Virus record (IMG/VR): IMGVR_UViG_3300011989_000009
Span: 28,786-92,785 of that record
Direction: 5' to 3' (one strand)
From: a virus
Taxonomy: Duplodnaviria > Caudoviricetes
DNA length: 64,000 bases
Each line of letters opens with the position of its first letter. Within the stretch, counting starts at the first letter, position 1. The position numbers and the translations under genes were made by a program. Under the pieces are notes generated by a model, which made no database searches, was not told the DNA's origin, and was given only the letters and a program-made list of their open reading frames with translations. Below are positions 17,912 to 27,271 of the stretch, in pieces.

Positions 17912-19525
17912 TTAGAGCTGCTTGCGAAGGTTGGCGAAATACTCGTCACGGATCTTCTTGTTCTCCAGAGGTGTCTTGAACTCGTCGTACTCCGGCATAC
18001 CGCAGGTACGCTCTTTCTGCTCAGCGTTGGCGCCGTTGGTGGCAGGACTCTGCTGGGGTGCGGAAGCAGCCTGGGCGGTGAGCTCGGCGACTTTGTTCTG
18101 GAGATCCTTGACATTCTGCTCAGCGTCGGAAGCCTTCTTCTCAGCGTCGGCAATCTTCTTGTCAGCGTCGGCCTTTGCGTCAGCCATCGCTTTGTCGTTG
18201 GCCTCCTTAGCGTCAGCAAGAGCTTTGTCGTTAGCCTCCTTAGCGTCAGCAAGGGCTTTGTCGTTGGCCTCCTTAGCGTCAGCAAGGGCTTTGTCATTGG
18301 CAGTCTTCAAAGCGGCATTCTCTTCGTTGGCCTTCGTGAGCTGTGCGGTGAGCTCAGCAATCTTCTTGTCAGCATCGGCCTTCTCAGTGGCCTGCTTCTC
18401 TAAGGTCTCGTTGAGCTTGTCAAGCATGGCAGGAACGAAATGCGTACCCTCCTCGTTGCAGACAAACTCAGACACGCCACAAGCAGTGGCAATTTTCTGA
18501 TATTTTTCCATGTTTATCTTGTTTTGAGAGTTGTTGTTCGATTTGGAAGCGGCATTGGTGTCGTCATCATCGTCGGGTTCTTCGGGGTTCTCAGGATAAG
18601 AGGGTACCTCACGTGTCAATGGCTGTACGGTACCGTCACTGACCTCGAAGATATGGCGAAGCAAATCGCCGAAAGTCATCTGACCGTCGCAAAGGATTCC
18701 GTCAACATCCTCGGCATTGAAAGTTTTGCCATGAAGGTGCTCTTTCTTAGCCTTCGGGAAAGACTTGCGAATCTGTGCACGGAACTCTTTGCCGTCAGCC
18801 TTCAACTCGTTGATGAGCTCGGTATCGTCGCCTTTGTTGACAATATCGCGATACCATTTGTTCTTATCGAAGGACTGCGGATCATAGAGCTCGTGGTAGG
18901 TCTCATCGGTGAACTGATTCTTGTCGCCGTCTTTCTCTGAATAGAAAGCAGCGAGAATGCCGATGCAACCGATCCGATCCTTCGGGTGCATGTAGTACAC
19001 CTCGTCACAGAGTGAGGCGAGCCACATGGCAGCGCTGGCACACGTACCGTCGATGAAGGCGTAGACACGCTTGCCCATCTTGTGGGAGTAGTCGATGCCC
19101 TGCTGGAAGTCGTTCTTAGCCCATGCCGAACCACCGGGAGAATCGATGTAGAACACCTGCGCCACACAATACTCGTTGTTGGCGGCCTCGATGAGCCAGT
19201 CACGCAAGTCAACAGAACCATAGGAACAGGCACCGCCACTACGTGTGATAGGACCCTGCACCGGCATGACATTGATAAAAGGCTCGTCCATATCCTCCAT
19301 GTACCATCTGGATGACTGCTTGCCCTTCTCGGTCACTTGATAGCTCTTTATCTCAGGCGTCTCACCCTTGGCCTTACGCTGCACGGCATAGGGGAGCTTC
19401 TTCCCGTCGAAACCGACGGCGATATGTCCATTGAGATTGTGCTCCAGCGTCTTGCGGATGCCGTGCGCAAAGTCAGGACTCACCATCCATTTCTTTGTCG
19501 TCAAGATTTCTAATAGTCCATTCAT
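17912..19525 (-). CDS. S49/SppA-ClpP-type prohead protease fused to coiled-coil scaffold
   Basis: IDSPGG, CASAAMWLAS and IGCIG motifs; acidic linker, then Ala/Lys/Glu coiled coil with 11-aa repeats. Confidence 0.9.
   Translation of the reverse strand: MNGLLEILTTKKWMVSPDFAHGIRKTLEHNLNGHIAVGFDGKKLPYAVQRKAKGETPEIKSYQVTEKGKQSSRWYMEDMDEPFINVMPVQGPITRSGGACSYGSVDLRDWLIEAANNEYCVAQVFYIDSPGGSAWAKNDFQQGIDYSHKMGKRVYAFIDGTCASAAMWLASLCDEVYYMHPKDRIGCIGILAAFYSEKDGDKNQFTDETYHELYDPQSFDKNKWYRDIVNKGDDTELINELKADGKEFRAQIRKSFPKAKKEHLHGKTFNAEDVDGILCDGQMTFGDLLRHIFEVSDGTVQPLTREVPSYPENPEEPDDDDDTNAASKSNNNSQNKINMEKYQKIATACGVSEFVCNEEGTHFVPAMLDKLNETLEKQATEKADADKKIAELTAQLTKANEENAALKTANDKALADAKEANDKALADAKEANDKALADAKEANDKAMADAKADADKKIADAEKKASDAEQNVKDLQNKVAELTAQAASAPQQSPATNGANAEQKERTCGMPEYDEFKTPLENKKIRDEYFANLRKQL
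18170..18301 (-). repeat. 33-bp tandem repeat (ANDKALADAKE x ~4) in the scaffold domain
   Basis: Directly visible in the DNA and the protein. Confidence 0.9.
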
Positions 19526-19528
19526 ATT

Positions 19529-19583
19529 TTGATGAATTGATGAATTACTGAGTTGATGAATTGATGAAATCAATCATTGATGA
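19529..19583. repeat. TTGATGAA octamer cluster upstream of the protease gene
   Basis: ttgatgaattgatgaa...gttgatgaattgatgaa...ttgatgac. Confidence 0.85.
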
Positions 19584-19632
19584 CGCAAAGATATAAAAGG
19601 CAAAAAGGGAAGAGGGTAGGGGAGAAAACGCA

Positions 19633-19673
19633 AAAAAGCCGTTTCAGGGCAAATCACTGCTCCGAAACGGCTT
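19633..19673 (-). terminator. Rho-independent terminator
   Basis: Minus strand AAGCCGTTTCGGAGCA-loop-TGCCCTGAAACGGCTT followed by a T-run. Confidence 0.75.
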
Positions 19674-19801
19674 CATCTTCTCGCTGTCATCACGACAGAC
19701 GGGAGAAGGTCATACAATCAACGTAATACATTCACGTCAACTAAAAACATTTACATTTATATTGTTTAATTTGGCAAATGAAAAAAAGCTACTGTCGTTA
19801 T

Positions 19802-20287
19802 TTAAGCTATCGTCAGGTCAACGAGGGCGCTCATGCTCTGCGCCTTCACCTTCACGATGACGGTGGGTGTCCCGGCAACGGTCGTCTCTACGTCAAAGGT
19901 GAAAGTGTTGGGCAGAACGTAGCTCATCGAGTGACTTCCGTCGGCATGTGTATATATAAGGTGGCAATCGTAGCCCTGGATGGCATTGCAGACGGCTTGA
20001 ATGTCACGGCGCGAGAGGTTGCAAGTGGCCTGCAAGTCATGGGTGTAGACAACGCCGTTGCCGGAACGGGCACCCGAAATCTTCAAGGAGGCGTTGCCCT
20101 GCATCTGATAACCGTCGGGATTTGTCGTCAGTGAGACAACGGGATTGCCCGTATAAGGTAGCGTCGTAACGACGGATTCAAGGGGAATGGTAACAGGGGT
20201 CCCCACCGTGCTCTGTGCGCTCTTGATGATGTCGATACGCACAATATCATCAGAAATCAGCTCTGTACAAGATTTATCTTTCGTCAT
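19802..20287 (-). CDS. Hypothetical protein (beta-rich, possibly virion)
   Basis: 161-aa ORF followed by a terminator. Confidence 0.65.
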   Translation of the reverse strand: MTKDKSCTELISDDIVRIDIIKSAQSTVGTPVTIPLESVVTTLPYTGNPVVSLTTNPDGYQMQGNASLKISGARSGNGVVYTHDLQATCNLSRRDIQAVCNAIQGYDCHLIYTHADGSHSMSYVLPNTFTFDVETTVAGTPTVIVKVKAQSMSALVDLTIA

Positions 20288-20417
20288 TTCTATAAGATTT
20301 TTATCGTTTATATAGGGGCGGACAACGGGCGGACAAAAATAAATTGCTTAAAAGCCGTATTTTAACACTCCTTTAAGAACATTTTTGTTTTCGTTTTGAC
20401 CTAAATCAATTCTTCTG

Positions 20418-21155
20418 TCACGCTTTCTGTTCTTTTCTTTCTGCTCTTCTTATCTCCTTCTCATCGATACGGGCAATGTTGATGTCCGTCTCAAAGCGGG
20501 GATTGTTGGCCAGCCGGTGGGCTTCCTCACGCCAACGTCGTGCCAGACGTTTCATGGTGTCTGTCTCGCGATCGTCATAGCTGACCGGTATGTCGTGCTC
20601 CATCATAAACCGCTCCAATATCTCGATAGCGGTACGCTCGATACCCTGTCCTCTTGCAAAGGTAATACTATCCTGCTCGAAGCGAAGGTATTCACGAATA
20701 AATGCCTCACGCATCAGTCGGCGCAGCTCCTGGGCCGGACGGGTGTCGATGGTGAACGACTTATTGACCTTCACGATGCGGTCGCCCATGCGCACCTCTT
20801 TGGGCAGTGCGATACAGAGAAAATCAAAAGACTCTGAGCGGTTCTTATTCTTTAGCTTATCCAGTGCACAGACTTCGGGAAACGTGAGATAGTCTTTCGC
20901 GTCGCGATTGAGCACCTGTGTGCCTCCTTGCGGTGGACACCCTCGCAACATGTTCTGCCATGCCGACTGAGAATAACAGGAGGCGGAATGTTGATGCGCT
21001 TCCGGCACGATACGAAGTCCTTTTACCAAGACAGGGTATTCCTGGGTGTAAGGAGAGAAGGTGATAGGCTGGTCCTTGGCCAGTGACTGCCCGTCACCCG
21101 TTGACCGCATGAAAGCGGCGACATAAGATGATATGCGAAGATAGATGTTTGCCAT
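20418..21155 (-). CDS. Hypothetical protein
   Basis: 245-aa ORF, last of the early/middle operon; positional candidate for a late regulator. Confidence 0.7.
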   Translation of the reverse strand: MANIYLRISSYVAAFMRSTGDGQSLAKDQPITFSPYTQEYPVLVKGLRIVPEAHQHSASCYSQSAWQNMLRGCPPQGGTQVLNRDAKDYLTFPEVCALDKLKNKNRSESFDFLCIALPKEVRMGDRIVKVNKSFTIDTRPAQELRRLMREAFIREYLRFEQDSITFARGQGIERTAIEILERFMMEHDIPVSYDDRETDTMKRLARRWREEAHRLANNPRFETDINIARIDEKEIRRAERKEQKA

Positions 21156-21178
21156 AATGATAAGGATTTGTAAATGTG

Positions 21179-21718
21179 TTATTCGTCGGGAAAGAGCAAA
21201 TCGATGTGACTACCAAAGCGTGAGATGATCTTCAACCGCGATTGTTCCGTCAAAGGAGTGTCGTTGTTCAGAATGACATCAATCTCATCCGGGGAGAGCT
21301 CTTCACGGCCGTAGTCGCGGATTCTACGTGATATATCAATGTCGTCAGCAGGGATATGCCGACGGACATAGGCAACCTTGATGTCATACTCATCAGAGTA
21401 GTAACGTTTCAGATAATGGTAGCCTTCGACATCAATCACATAAGTGTTAATGACATCATCCTTCACATCGCGCTTGTCGGCCCAATACTCGTAATTGCCG
21501 TACTTAGTATAAGCCAGCATATTCTTGCCGTCGGGTTTCTGTTCCGGCTTGACGAAATGATGTTCCACGCCATCCGTCTCACCCGGACGCATGGGACGAG
21601 TCGTGTAACTGACAATGGGATGATAGTGAAAAGGCGTGAACAAATCCAAAAGCCGTTCAATGGTTGTCTTACCGCTACCGCTACGCCCAATGATACATAA
21701 GATCTTTTTCTTGCTCAT
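21179..21718 (-). CDS. gmk: Guanylate kinase-like protein
   Basis: P-loop GRSGSGKT and SYTTRPMRPGETDGVEHHF signature; start at ATG 21718. Confidence 0.88.
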   Translation of the reverse strand: MSKKKILCIIGRSGSGKTTIERLLDLFTPFHYHPIVSYTTRPMRPGETDGVEHHFVKPEQKPDGKNMLAYTKYGNYEYWADKRDVKDDVINTYVIDVEGYHYLKRYYSDEYDIKVAYVRRHIPADDIDISRRIRDYGREELSPDEIDVILNNDTPLTEQSRLKIISRFGSHIDLLFPDE

Positions 21719-21722
21719 CGTC

Positions 21723-21938
21723 TCAGTCTTTTTCAAACTCCTTGATAGCGTCATCGACGGTCTGAATCTCGTCGGACTCGTCCTTATAACCCACGGCACG
21801 TAGACAGCTCCGAAGATTCATCAAAGCCAGCACGAGAGAAGAGGAATTGGTCTTGCCCTCCACCGTCGTACCATCAGAAGTTTTCAACCTGGCCACGCGC
21901 TGGCCATCATGGAATAATGAGATTTTCAATTCTAACAT
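21723..21938 (-). CDS. Hypothetical protein
   Basis: 71-aa ORF in operon. Confidence 0.6.
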   Translation of the reverse strand: MLELKISLFHDGQRVARLKTSDGTTVEGKTNSSSLVLALMNLRSCLRAVGYKDESDEIQTVDDAIKEFEKD

Positions 21939-21949
21939 GGTTATAATGA

Positions 21950-22831
21950 TTAAAGTGTATACTCTGGTAATGTGATATGGAAATAATCTTCTAAAAACTT
22001 TTTGTAATCAACAGATTCTCCAAAGATACCCCCCCTAAATTCCTTTTGGGTCATCAACCATTGCTGATACTGATCGTATCTGTCGAAGAAAACGTTGGCA
22101 TAGAAATATTGATATACATTTCCATGATAGTTCTTGACGACATCAGAATCCTTATGTGACGACATAAACTTCCATGCCGCACGAAGATAAGCCTTCACCA
22201 TACCTGGATAGACTTTGAACTCAGCAAGACGACCTTTGTAATACTTCAACGGACAGCATATACAGCCCAAACGCCGGGAAATATCAACAGAACCATCCTC
22301 TCGATAATACAAAGGATGGAGCTTTATCTTGCGCTCATTGATGAAGTCAAGCTCGTCTTTATCCGTCCAGTCAAGAATGGGATATATAGCATTGGCATGC
22401 ACAGCCTTACTGCCATAGATACGGCATTCCGTTGGCTCTGAGTAGCGCTTATAGCGCTTGGTACTCTCACATCTACGAATCCCCATCACGACATTATCCA
22501 TCACCTTGTACTCTTTCAGCACTTCGCAACAGAAACGATGCCTACGATTAGGAAAGCCTTTGGCAGCAACTAAATGGAAGAAGGTCTCATTCTTGCGAAT
22601 GATCTTTGCTCCCTGTTCCTGTACATGCTTGATAGTGCCCGGCGGGTCTATAGTAGTGTTCTTGTATATGGCACGGTACTCTATCCCGCTCATTTTGGCA
22701 AGCTCCAATATAACATCAGAATCCTTGCCACCACTATAAGCTATCTCCAACGGCTCACCAGCAGCCTTGTAGCAAACTTGCAAGAGCTTAACAGCTTGCG
22801 AAACTTTCTTCTGTAAGTGTATATTCATCAT
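21950..22831 (-). CDS. PAPS reductase family protein
   Basis: YSGGKDS PP-loop, RFCCEVLK, GIRRCES, RLGCICCP; G7 tract at 22029-22035 near the 3' end. Confidence 0.88.
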   Translation of the reverse strand: MMNIHLQKKVSQAVKLLQVCYKAAGEPLEIAYSGGKDSDVILELAKMSGIEYRAIYKNTTIDPPGTIKHVQEQGAKIIRKNETFFHLVAAKGFPNRRHRFCCEVLKEYKVMDNVVMGIRRCESTKRYKRYSEPTECRIYGSKAVHANAIYPILDWTDKDELDFINERKIKLHPLYYREDGSVDISRRLGCICCPLKYYKGRLAEFKVYPGMVKAYLRAAWKFMSSHKDSDVVKNYHGNVYQYFYANVFFDRYDQYQQWLMTQKEFRGGIFGESVDYKKFLEDYFHITLPEYTL

Positions 22832-22889
22832 TCTATTAATAGAATCATTTTATCTTTTAAAAAGCGGATCGCCGTCATTCATTTTATAC

Positions 22890-23165
22890 CGACTTTTTGA
22901 GTGTGGGCAAATTTTCAATGAATATTCACCGATTTTTTGAGTGTGGGCAAATCTTCAATGAATTTTGAGCCACTTTTCTTTGTAGTGGGCAAATTTTCAA
23001 TGAATATTCACCGATTTTTTTGTAGTGGGCAAATTTTCAATGAATTTTGAGCCACTTTTCTTTGTAGTGGGCAAATTTTCAATGAATTTTGAGCCACTTT
23101 TCTTTGTAGTGGGCAAATTTTCAATGAATATGTAATGCTTTTTCTAAAGTGGGTCAATTTTCAAC
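22890..23165. repeat. 40/42-bp tandem array A (7 units, core GTGGGCAAATTTTCAATGAAT)
   Basis: Core starts at 22903, 22943, 22985, 23025, 23067, 23109 and 23149 (degenerate). Confidence 0.92.
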
Positions 23166-23199
23166 TTCCGAAGCACTGATTTAGACTGAGACAGACAAT

Positions 23200-23590
23200 T
23201 TTCAAAGTCGGAAGTAGCCTCGGAGTACTACGAGGCATGATTTTCACTTTCAAATTTGCCCTCGGAGTATCGCGAGGCATGAATTTCACTTTCAAATTTG
23301 CCCTCGGAGTACTACGAGGCACGATTTGAACTTCAAAATGTACCATCGTTATACAACGATGCACCATCTGAACTTTCAAATATACTGTTATCATTCAATA
23401 TCGCACTTCGGAAACTTCAAATTTGTCCTCGGAGTACTACGAGGCACAATCTTGACTTTCAGATTTGCCCTCGGAGTACTACGAGGCATGATTTTCACTT
23501 TCAGATTTACCCTCGGAGGACGACGAGGTACTTTCTGAACTTTCAGATTTGCCATCATCGTTCAATGTCGCCACTTTGAAATTTCAAATA
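23200..23590. repeat. ~42-bp tandem array B (~9 units, TTTCAAATTTGCCCTCGGAGTACTACGAGGCA)
   Basis: CCTCGG at 23218, 23260, 23302, 23427, 23469 and 23511, plus degenerate units near 23344, 23386 and 23553; internal hairpin CCTCG-N8-CGAGG. Confidence 0.9.
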
Positions 23591-24037
23591 GTTCTTTTTT
23601 ACTCGCTCTGCTACTGCCAAGGCTTCCTCTTTTGTTTTGAAGTAATTTCCAGCCTGGAAGCGTTGGAGGTCGGAATCCGAGCCGGTAGAGATAACAGCCT
23701 GCACAGACAGCAAGTCCGTGACATAGAAATAGAGAGCATCAATCGCAGGTACATTTACGGCAAAGTGCCCAATATTGTCTTCATTTACAAAAATATCGTC
23801 ATCTTTACGAGGTTCCGGCAGATGAATCTCACGGTAATAATCCTTCACCATCTTTGATAGTTCTGAATCTTCCATAACATAGCTTATTTCTATGTCATGC
23901 CGAATAAAATAGATTAACATAACATCTTCGCCATTTAAAAGGCAAGAATTTTCTCCTCCTAAATCCGTGAGCATCTTAATCACCTCATTACCGCGACCTT
24001 CTACACCACGGATGTACACTTTCTGTTCGTCTGTCAT
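23555..24037 (-). CDS. Hypothetical protein, paralogue of 25897-26586; 3' end runs into repeat array B
   Basis: Shares MTDEQKVYIRG...GRG and GN(Y/C)FxTKEEA..AERV with 25897-26586. Confidence 0.75.
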   Translation of the reverse strand: MTDEQKVYIRGVEGRGNEVIKMLTDLGGENSCLLNGEDVMLIYFIRHDIEISYVMEDSELSKMVKDYYREIHLPEPRKDDDIFVNEDNIGHFAVNVPAIDALYFYVTDLLSVQAVISTGSDSDLQRFQAGNYFKTKEEALAVAERVKKNYLKFQSGDIER

Positions 24038-24058
24038 AAGTCTGCCTATGTTATATTA

Positions 24059-25000
24059 TTATTTAAAATATTGTTCACATTTGAAATCCTTTCGTGGAAT
24101 ATATTGTTTGAAATCTGTGGATGCAAATAACTCTCTCCTGTTGCTCCACCTTGCCATATCGCGTTCCCATTGCGGTATATCCTGATGCACTTTTGTAAAA
24201 TTAAGCATCGGCTGCGATTGACAACGGACGTAACTAACGTATTTCGGTTGCCTCCAATAGCTTATACGTTCATAACATTCGAGGATATTTCCATAAATCA
24301 TTGTATATAGAAGATACTGGCGATGCCGTCCTGAATAGCGGTCTATTCTCTCAATAGCAGTAACGCAAGCCTCTATTTGTGAATGCGTATCACAGCCAAA
24401 ACGAATAAAAGGATGCCAACGAACACGAGCAATTAAACGAGCAACTTCGTCCGTAACAAGACGTGCGTCCATAGCCTGATTAAAATCCACCATATAGCCA
24501 CGATATGCAATCTTGTCAATTTGTTCCAATCCATAATCACAAGCCAACACATTATTATCCATCAATATCAATTTGTTTCGGCCTTCAATAGCTATATCGT
24601 CAACATCCATATAAGGTTTTATGGTTCCTTCTTTCTTTGGAACAACACACCACGGACATTTATTTATACAACCACGAGTCAAGAAGCCATAGGCTGTATG
24701 CTTGTCTATCATCTTTCCATACAATGAATAATCCGGCTGTGTGTGGTCAATCTCGTAAGGAAGGCAAGAGTAGACATCATATCCGGTACCTCCCCGAACA
24801 ATTTCTTTAGCATTAGCAATTGAAAAAACATAATCTGGAGTATGAGTAAACACTTTTGACATGTAAAGTTTGTCATAGCAACCAAACATAGAGTCATAGA
24901 ACTCTACATGATCGCCATGAGACTTATGCCATCTGGAAATCTTCATCAGGGCCAAATTAGGATAGTGATGTCCATCGACATCAAGCAAAGCTATATTCAT
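24059..25000 (-). CDS. Radical SAM protein
   Basis: TRGCINKCPWC (CxxxCxxC); PNLALMK and GGTG motifs of a phage radical SAM family. Confidence 0.88.
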   Translation of the reverse strand: MNIALLDVDGHHYPNLALMKISRWHKSHGDHVEFYDSMFGCYDKLYMSKVFTHTPDYVFSIANAKEIVRGGTGYDVYSCLPYEIDHTQPDYSLYGKMIDKHTAYGFLTRGCINKCPWCVVPKKEGTIKPYMDVDDIAIEGRNKLILMDNNVLACDYGLEQIDKIAYRGYMVDFNQAMDARLVTDEVARLIARVRWHPFIRFGCDTHSQIEACVTAIERIDRYSGRHRQYLLYTMIYGNILECYERISYWRQPKYVSYVRCQSQPMLNFTKVHQDIPQWERDMARWSNRRELFASTDFKQYIPRKDFKCEQYFK

Positions 25001-25042
25001 ACTTCTTCTTTGTCTTTCTCATAATCGTTTATGATTTTAACA

Positions 25043-25070
25043 GCTTGCGGCTTTGAAACAGCCGCAAGCA
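25043..25070. promoter_or_regulatory. 10-bp-stem hairpin 3' of the DUF1566-like gene
   Basis: gcttgcggct-ttgaaac-agccgcaagc. Confidence 0.7.
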
Positions 25071-25083
25071 TTAAGGGAGAAAA

Positions 25084-25785
25084 TTAAAGTTCAAACGCCG
25101 TGCAAGGACGAACGTAGTAGCCGTTGCACTTGCTGACCCAGTAGCAGACGTCGCCCGAACCGAAGTTCACGCCCCAGCTGTTCCACGCACTGTACTCGCT
25201 TGATGACCAATATGTATCCTCTTTCATCGGAGTTCCACCTACCATTACAAGAGCCTTGTTCAGCTCTTTGCGAAAGAGGAACATGGCTGCGAGCTGCCCG
25301 GCAGTAGGAATGTACAAGTCAGCATCCAACTCGAATATAATACCAGCAGTCCGAAGATGCTCTGTACAAGACTTCATATCGAAGTCATTAAGAGCCTCGA
25401 TTTCGCACTTGTAGAATGAGGAGGTATCTTCTGGGTGCGAATCATCTGAAAACAGAGGTAATTTATCACCCTTCAAATCTTCTTTCGCAACAACCCACTT
25501 GTGTCCATGGTAGCTGACCATAATATTGCACTCCCTTGAATTTTGTATCCCGGAAATAGCTCCGAAAGGAACTGGCGGATACCCCTTTTCAACAATATAT
25601 ACGCCATCTTCGATTGGCTCGATGTATTCATGCTTACAACCGTCTTCTTCGTCATCTGACGGAGTACGTGTTACGAACGGCTCCTTGAAGCCAAAGATTA
25701 ACAAAGCGTAAGCCTTTGCTTCGTCAAAGTTGCTTGCGTTGTCAACAGACAATCGCAATAATTTTAATTTCTGTTCGTCTTCCAT
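25084..25785 (-). CDS. DUF1566/CLec-like protein with VR-like C-terminus
   Basis: YIPTAGQL ... YWSSSEYSAWNSWGVNFGSG...K....YVRPCTAF is the pattern of Bacteroidota DGR-target lectin domains. Confidence 0.8.
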   Translation of the reverse strand: MEDEQKLKLLRLSVDNASNFDEAKAYALLIFGFKEPFVTRTPSDDEEDGCKHEYIEPIEDGVYIVEKGYPPVPFGAISGIQNSRECNIMVSYHGHKWVVAKEDLKGDKLPLFSDDSHPEDTSSFYKCEIEALNDFDMKSCTEHLRTAGIIFELDADLYIPTAGQLAAMFLFRKELNKALVMVGGTPMKEDTYWSSSEYSAWNSWGVNFGSGDVCYWVSKCNGYYVRPCTAFEL

Positions 25786-25896
25786 AATTCACTGTTTCTT
25801 GCATTTAACGATTTTCATTATCGCCCTCGGTTTGTCGCAGAACTCTTGATTAACCCTAATAGCGTTATCTTCGTACAAATCGTTATCTCGTCATAG

Positions 25897-26586
25897 TCAT
25901 TCTCCTTTCAATGCTTTTCTCACACGTTCCGCGGCTGCCTCGGCTTCTTCTTTGGTAAGGAAACAGTTCCCAGCACGAAGAAGCGCTTCGTCAACAGAGC
26001 CATCACACCATGTTGTGTCAACCACCGAACCATAGGCGGAGACAGCATAATACTTCTGTCCGCAATTAGGGTGGCGTCCCAAACCCACCAGCACCTTGTT
26101 CACTGCGTCCCACCATACATGATGATCGTTATTGATGAGCGAATAGAACGTTGATTTCTCAGCGTCTGTAGCCTTGCGATAATTATCAGCAGGGTCTGTG
26201 GGAATGGTTACTCCAGTGAAGCACGTGTCTTTACTCACATACACATGACACAAAAAACCTTTTCCATTATCGACTGGCTCCTGATAAACACAGAAGATGC
26301 CATTATTGTCTTTTCTGATGAGTATATCCCCGTCACTCCACTTCTCCTGTAGCTTTATTTCACGGTAGTTGTCTTTGATGATTTCAAAGGCTTCTCCCTT
26401 TGAATCCGTATAAGCGATTTGACCGTCGTGCCCGATAATGAACACAAAGTAGGGGATATTACCAAACGCATAGAGACGCATAGACCCTACCTGGTCAGTT
26501 TTTCCTCCCAGCCTTTCTAAAGCTGCAATTACATCAATTCCCCGGCCCATAGCGCCACGGATGTACACTTTCTGTTCGTCTGTCAT
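25897..26586 (-). CDS. Hypothetical protein
   Basis: Start at ATG 26586; paralogue of 23555-24037. Confidence 0.75.
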   Translation of the reverse strand: MTDEQKVYIRGAMGRGIDVIAALERLGGKTDQVGSMRLYAFGNIPYFVFIIGHDGQIAYTDSKGEAFEIIKDNYREIKLQEKWSDGDILIRKDNNGIFCVYQEPVDNGKGFLCHVYVSKDTCFTGVTIPTDPADNYRKATDAEKSTFYSLINNDHHVWWDAVNKVLVGLGRHPNCGQKYYAVSAYGSVVDTTWCDGSVDEALLRAGNCFLTKEEAEAAAERVRKALKGE

Positions 26587-26646
26587 AGTTATTCTTCTTT
26601 TTGTTTTCTGAACCCCCGTCATGCCGATAGGACAGCAACTGGTTGA

Positions 26647-27171
26647 TTACTGAATATCCGAGAGGTCAATATCCTCCAGTTTGGCTCTGCGCTCCAGCAC
26701 ACGGAGATACTGTTCCATGTAGGTCACCTGCTCTCCATAGAAGGAACGAGGACAAGGTGGAATGAAGTCGAGCTTCATGTCATCCCATGCATCGAGCATC
26801 TTTTTCAGACCGTCGAAGCGGTTTTTGAGTTGGATGTACTCGGCTTTGAAACGCTCCTTGTAGTCAGGCGAAATCATCATATCGCGGGTACTGGCGAGGA
26901 CGCGATTCTTAGCCGACAACTCCGTCTGGAGGGAATATCCAAGAAGATACCAGACCTTGTTCTCGATACGTTTCAGACATACTTGTTTACCGATTTCCTC
27001 ATTGTAGTTCTTCGGATCCACGCATGTTGTGGACTCACGGAGCGTGAAGCCATTCTTCATGCGCACCGTCACATAGGTGCACGGTTTACCGAACTCTACA
27101 ACTGTCCGAACGAGAACGTTCTTCATGTTCTCTGCCACCTCTTCGGGTGTTACTGTAATGTTTGTTTCCAT
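26647..27171 (-). CDS. Two-domain protein: N4 gp49/Sf6 gp66-like N-terminus + crAss001_48-like helical C-terminus (candidate anti-defence sponge)
   Basis: MKNGFTLRESTTCVDPKNYNEEIG...KVWYLLGY and DYKERFKAEYxQL...Q..YMEQYLRVLERR recognised by eye. Confidence 0.7.
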   Translation of the reverse strand: METNITVTPEEVAENMKNVLVRTVVEFGKPCTYVTVRMKNGFTLRESTTCVDPKNYNEEIGKQVCLKRIENKVWYLLGYSLQTELSAKNRVLASTRDMMISPDYKERFKAEYIQLKNRFDGLKKMLDAWDDMKLDFIPPCPRSFYGEQVTYMEQYLRVLERRAKLEDIDLSDIQ

Positions 27172-27271
27172 AATTTACTATTTTACTTGGTTATCTATTT
27201 TCTCTTTTTTTATACCCAGTCGATGTGATTTTCCGTGATAAAGAAATGACTTTTGCAAGGAGAGTCGAATT

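Noticed and set aside
23161-23579. ORFs within repeat array B (e.g. 23161-23394, PRSTPRANLKVK repeats)
   Set aside because: Openness follows from the 42-bp unit; a unit of different length breaks the frame and there is no good start context.
22890-23590. CRISPR array
   Set aside because: Sequences between the conserved cores are themselves repeated and only ~20 bp; no unique spacers and no cas genes.
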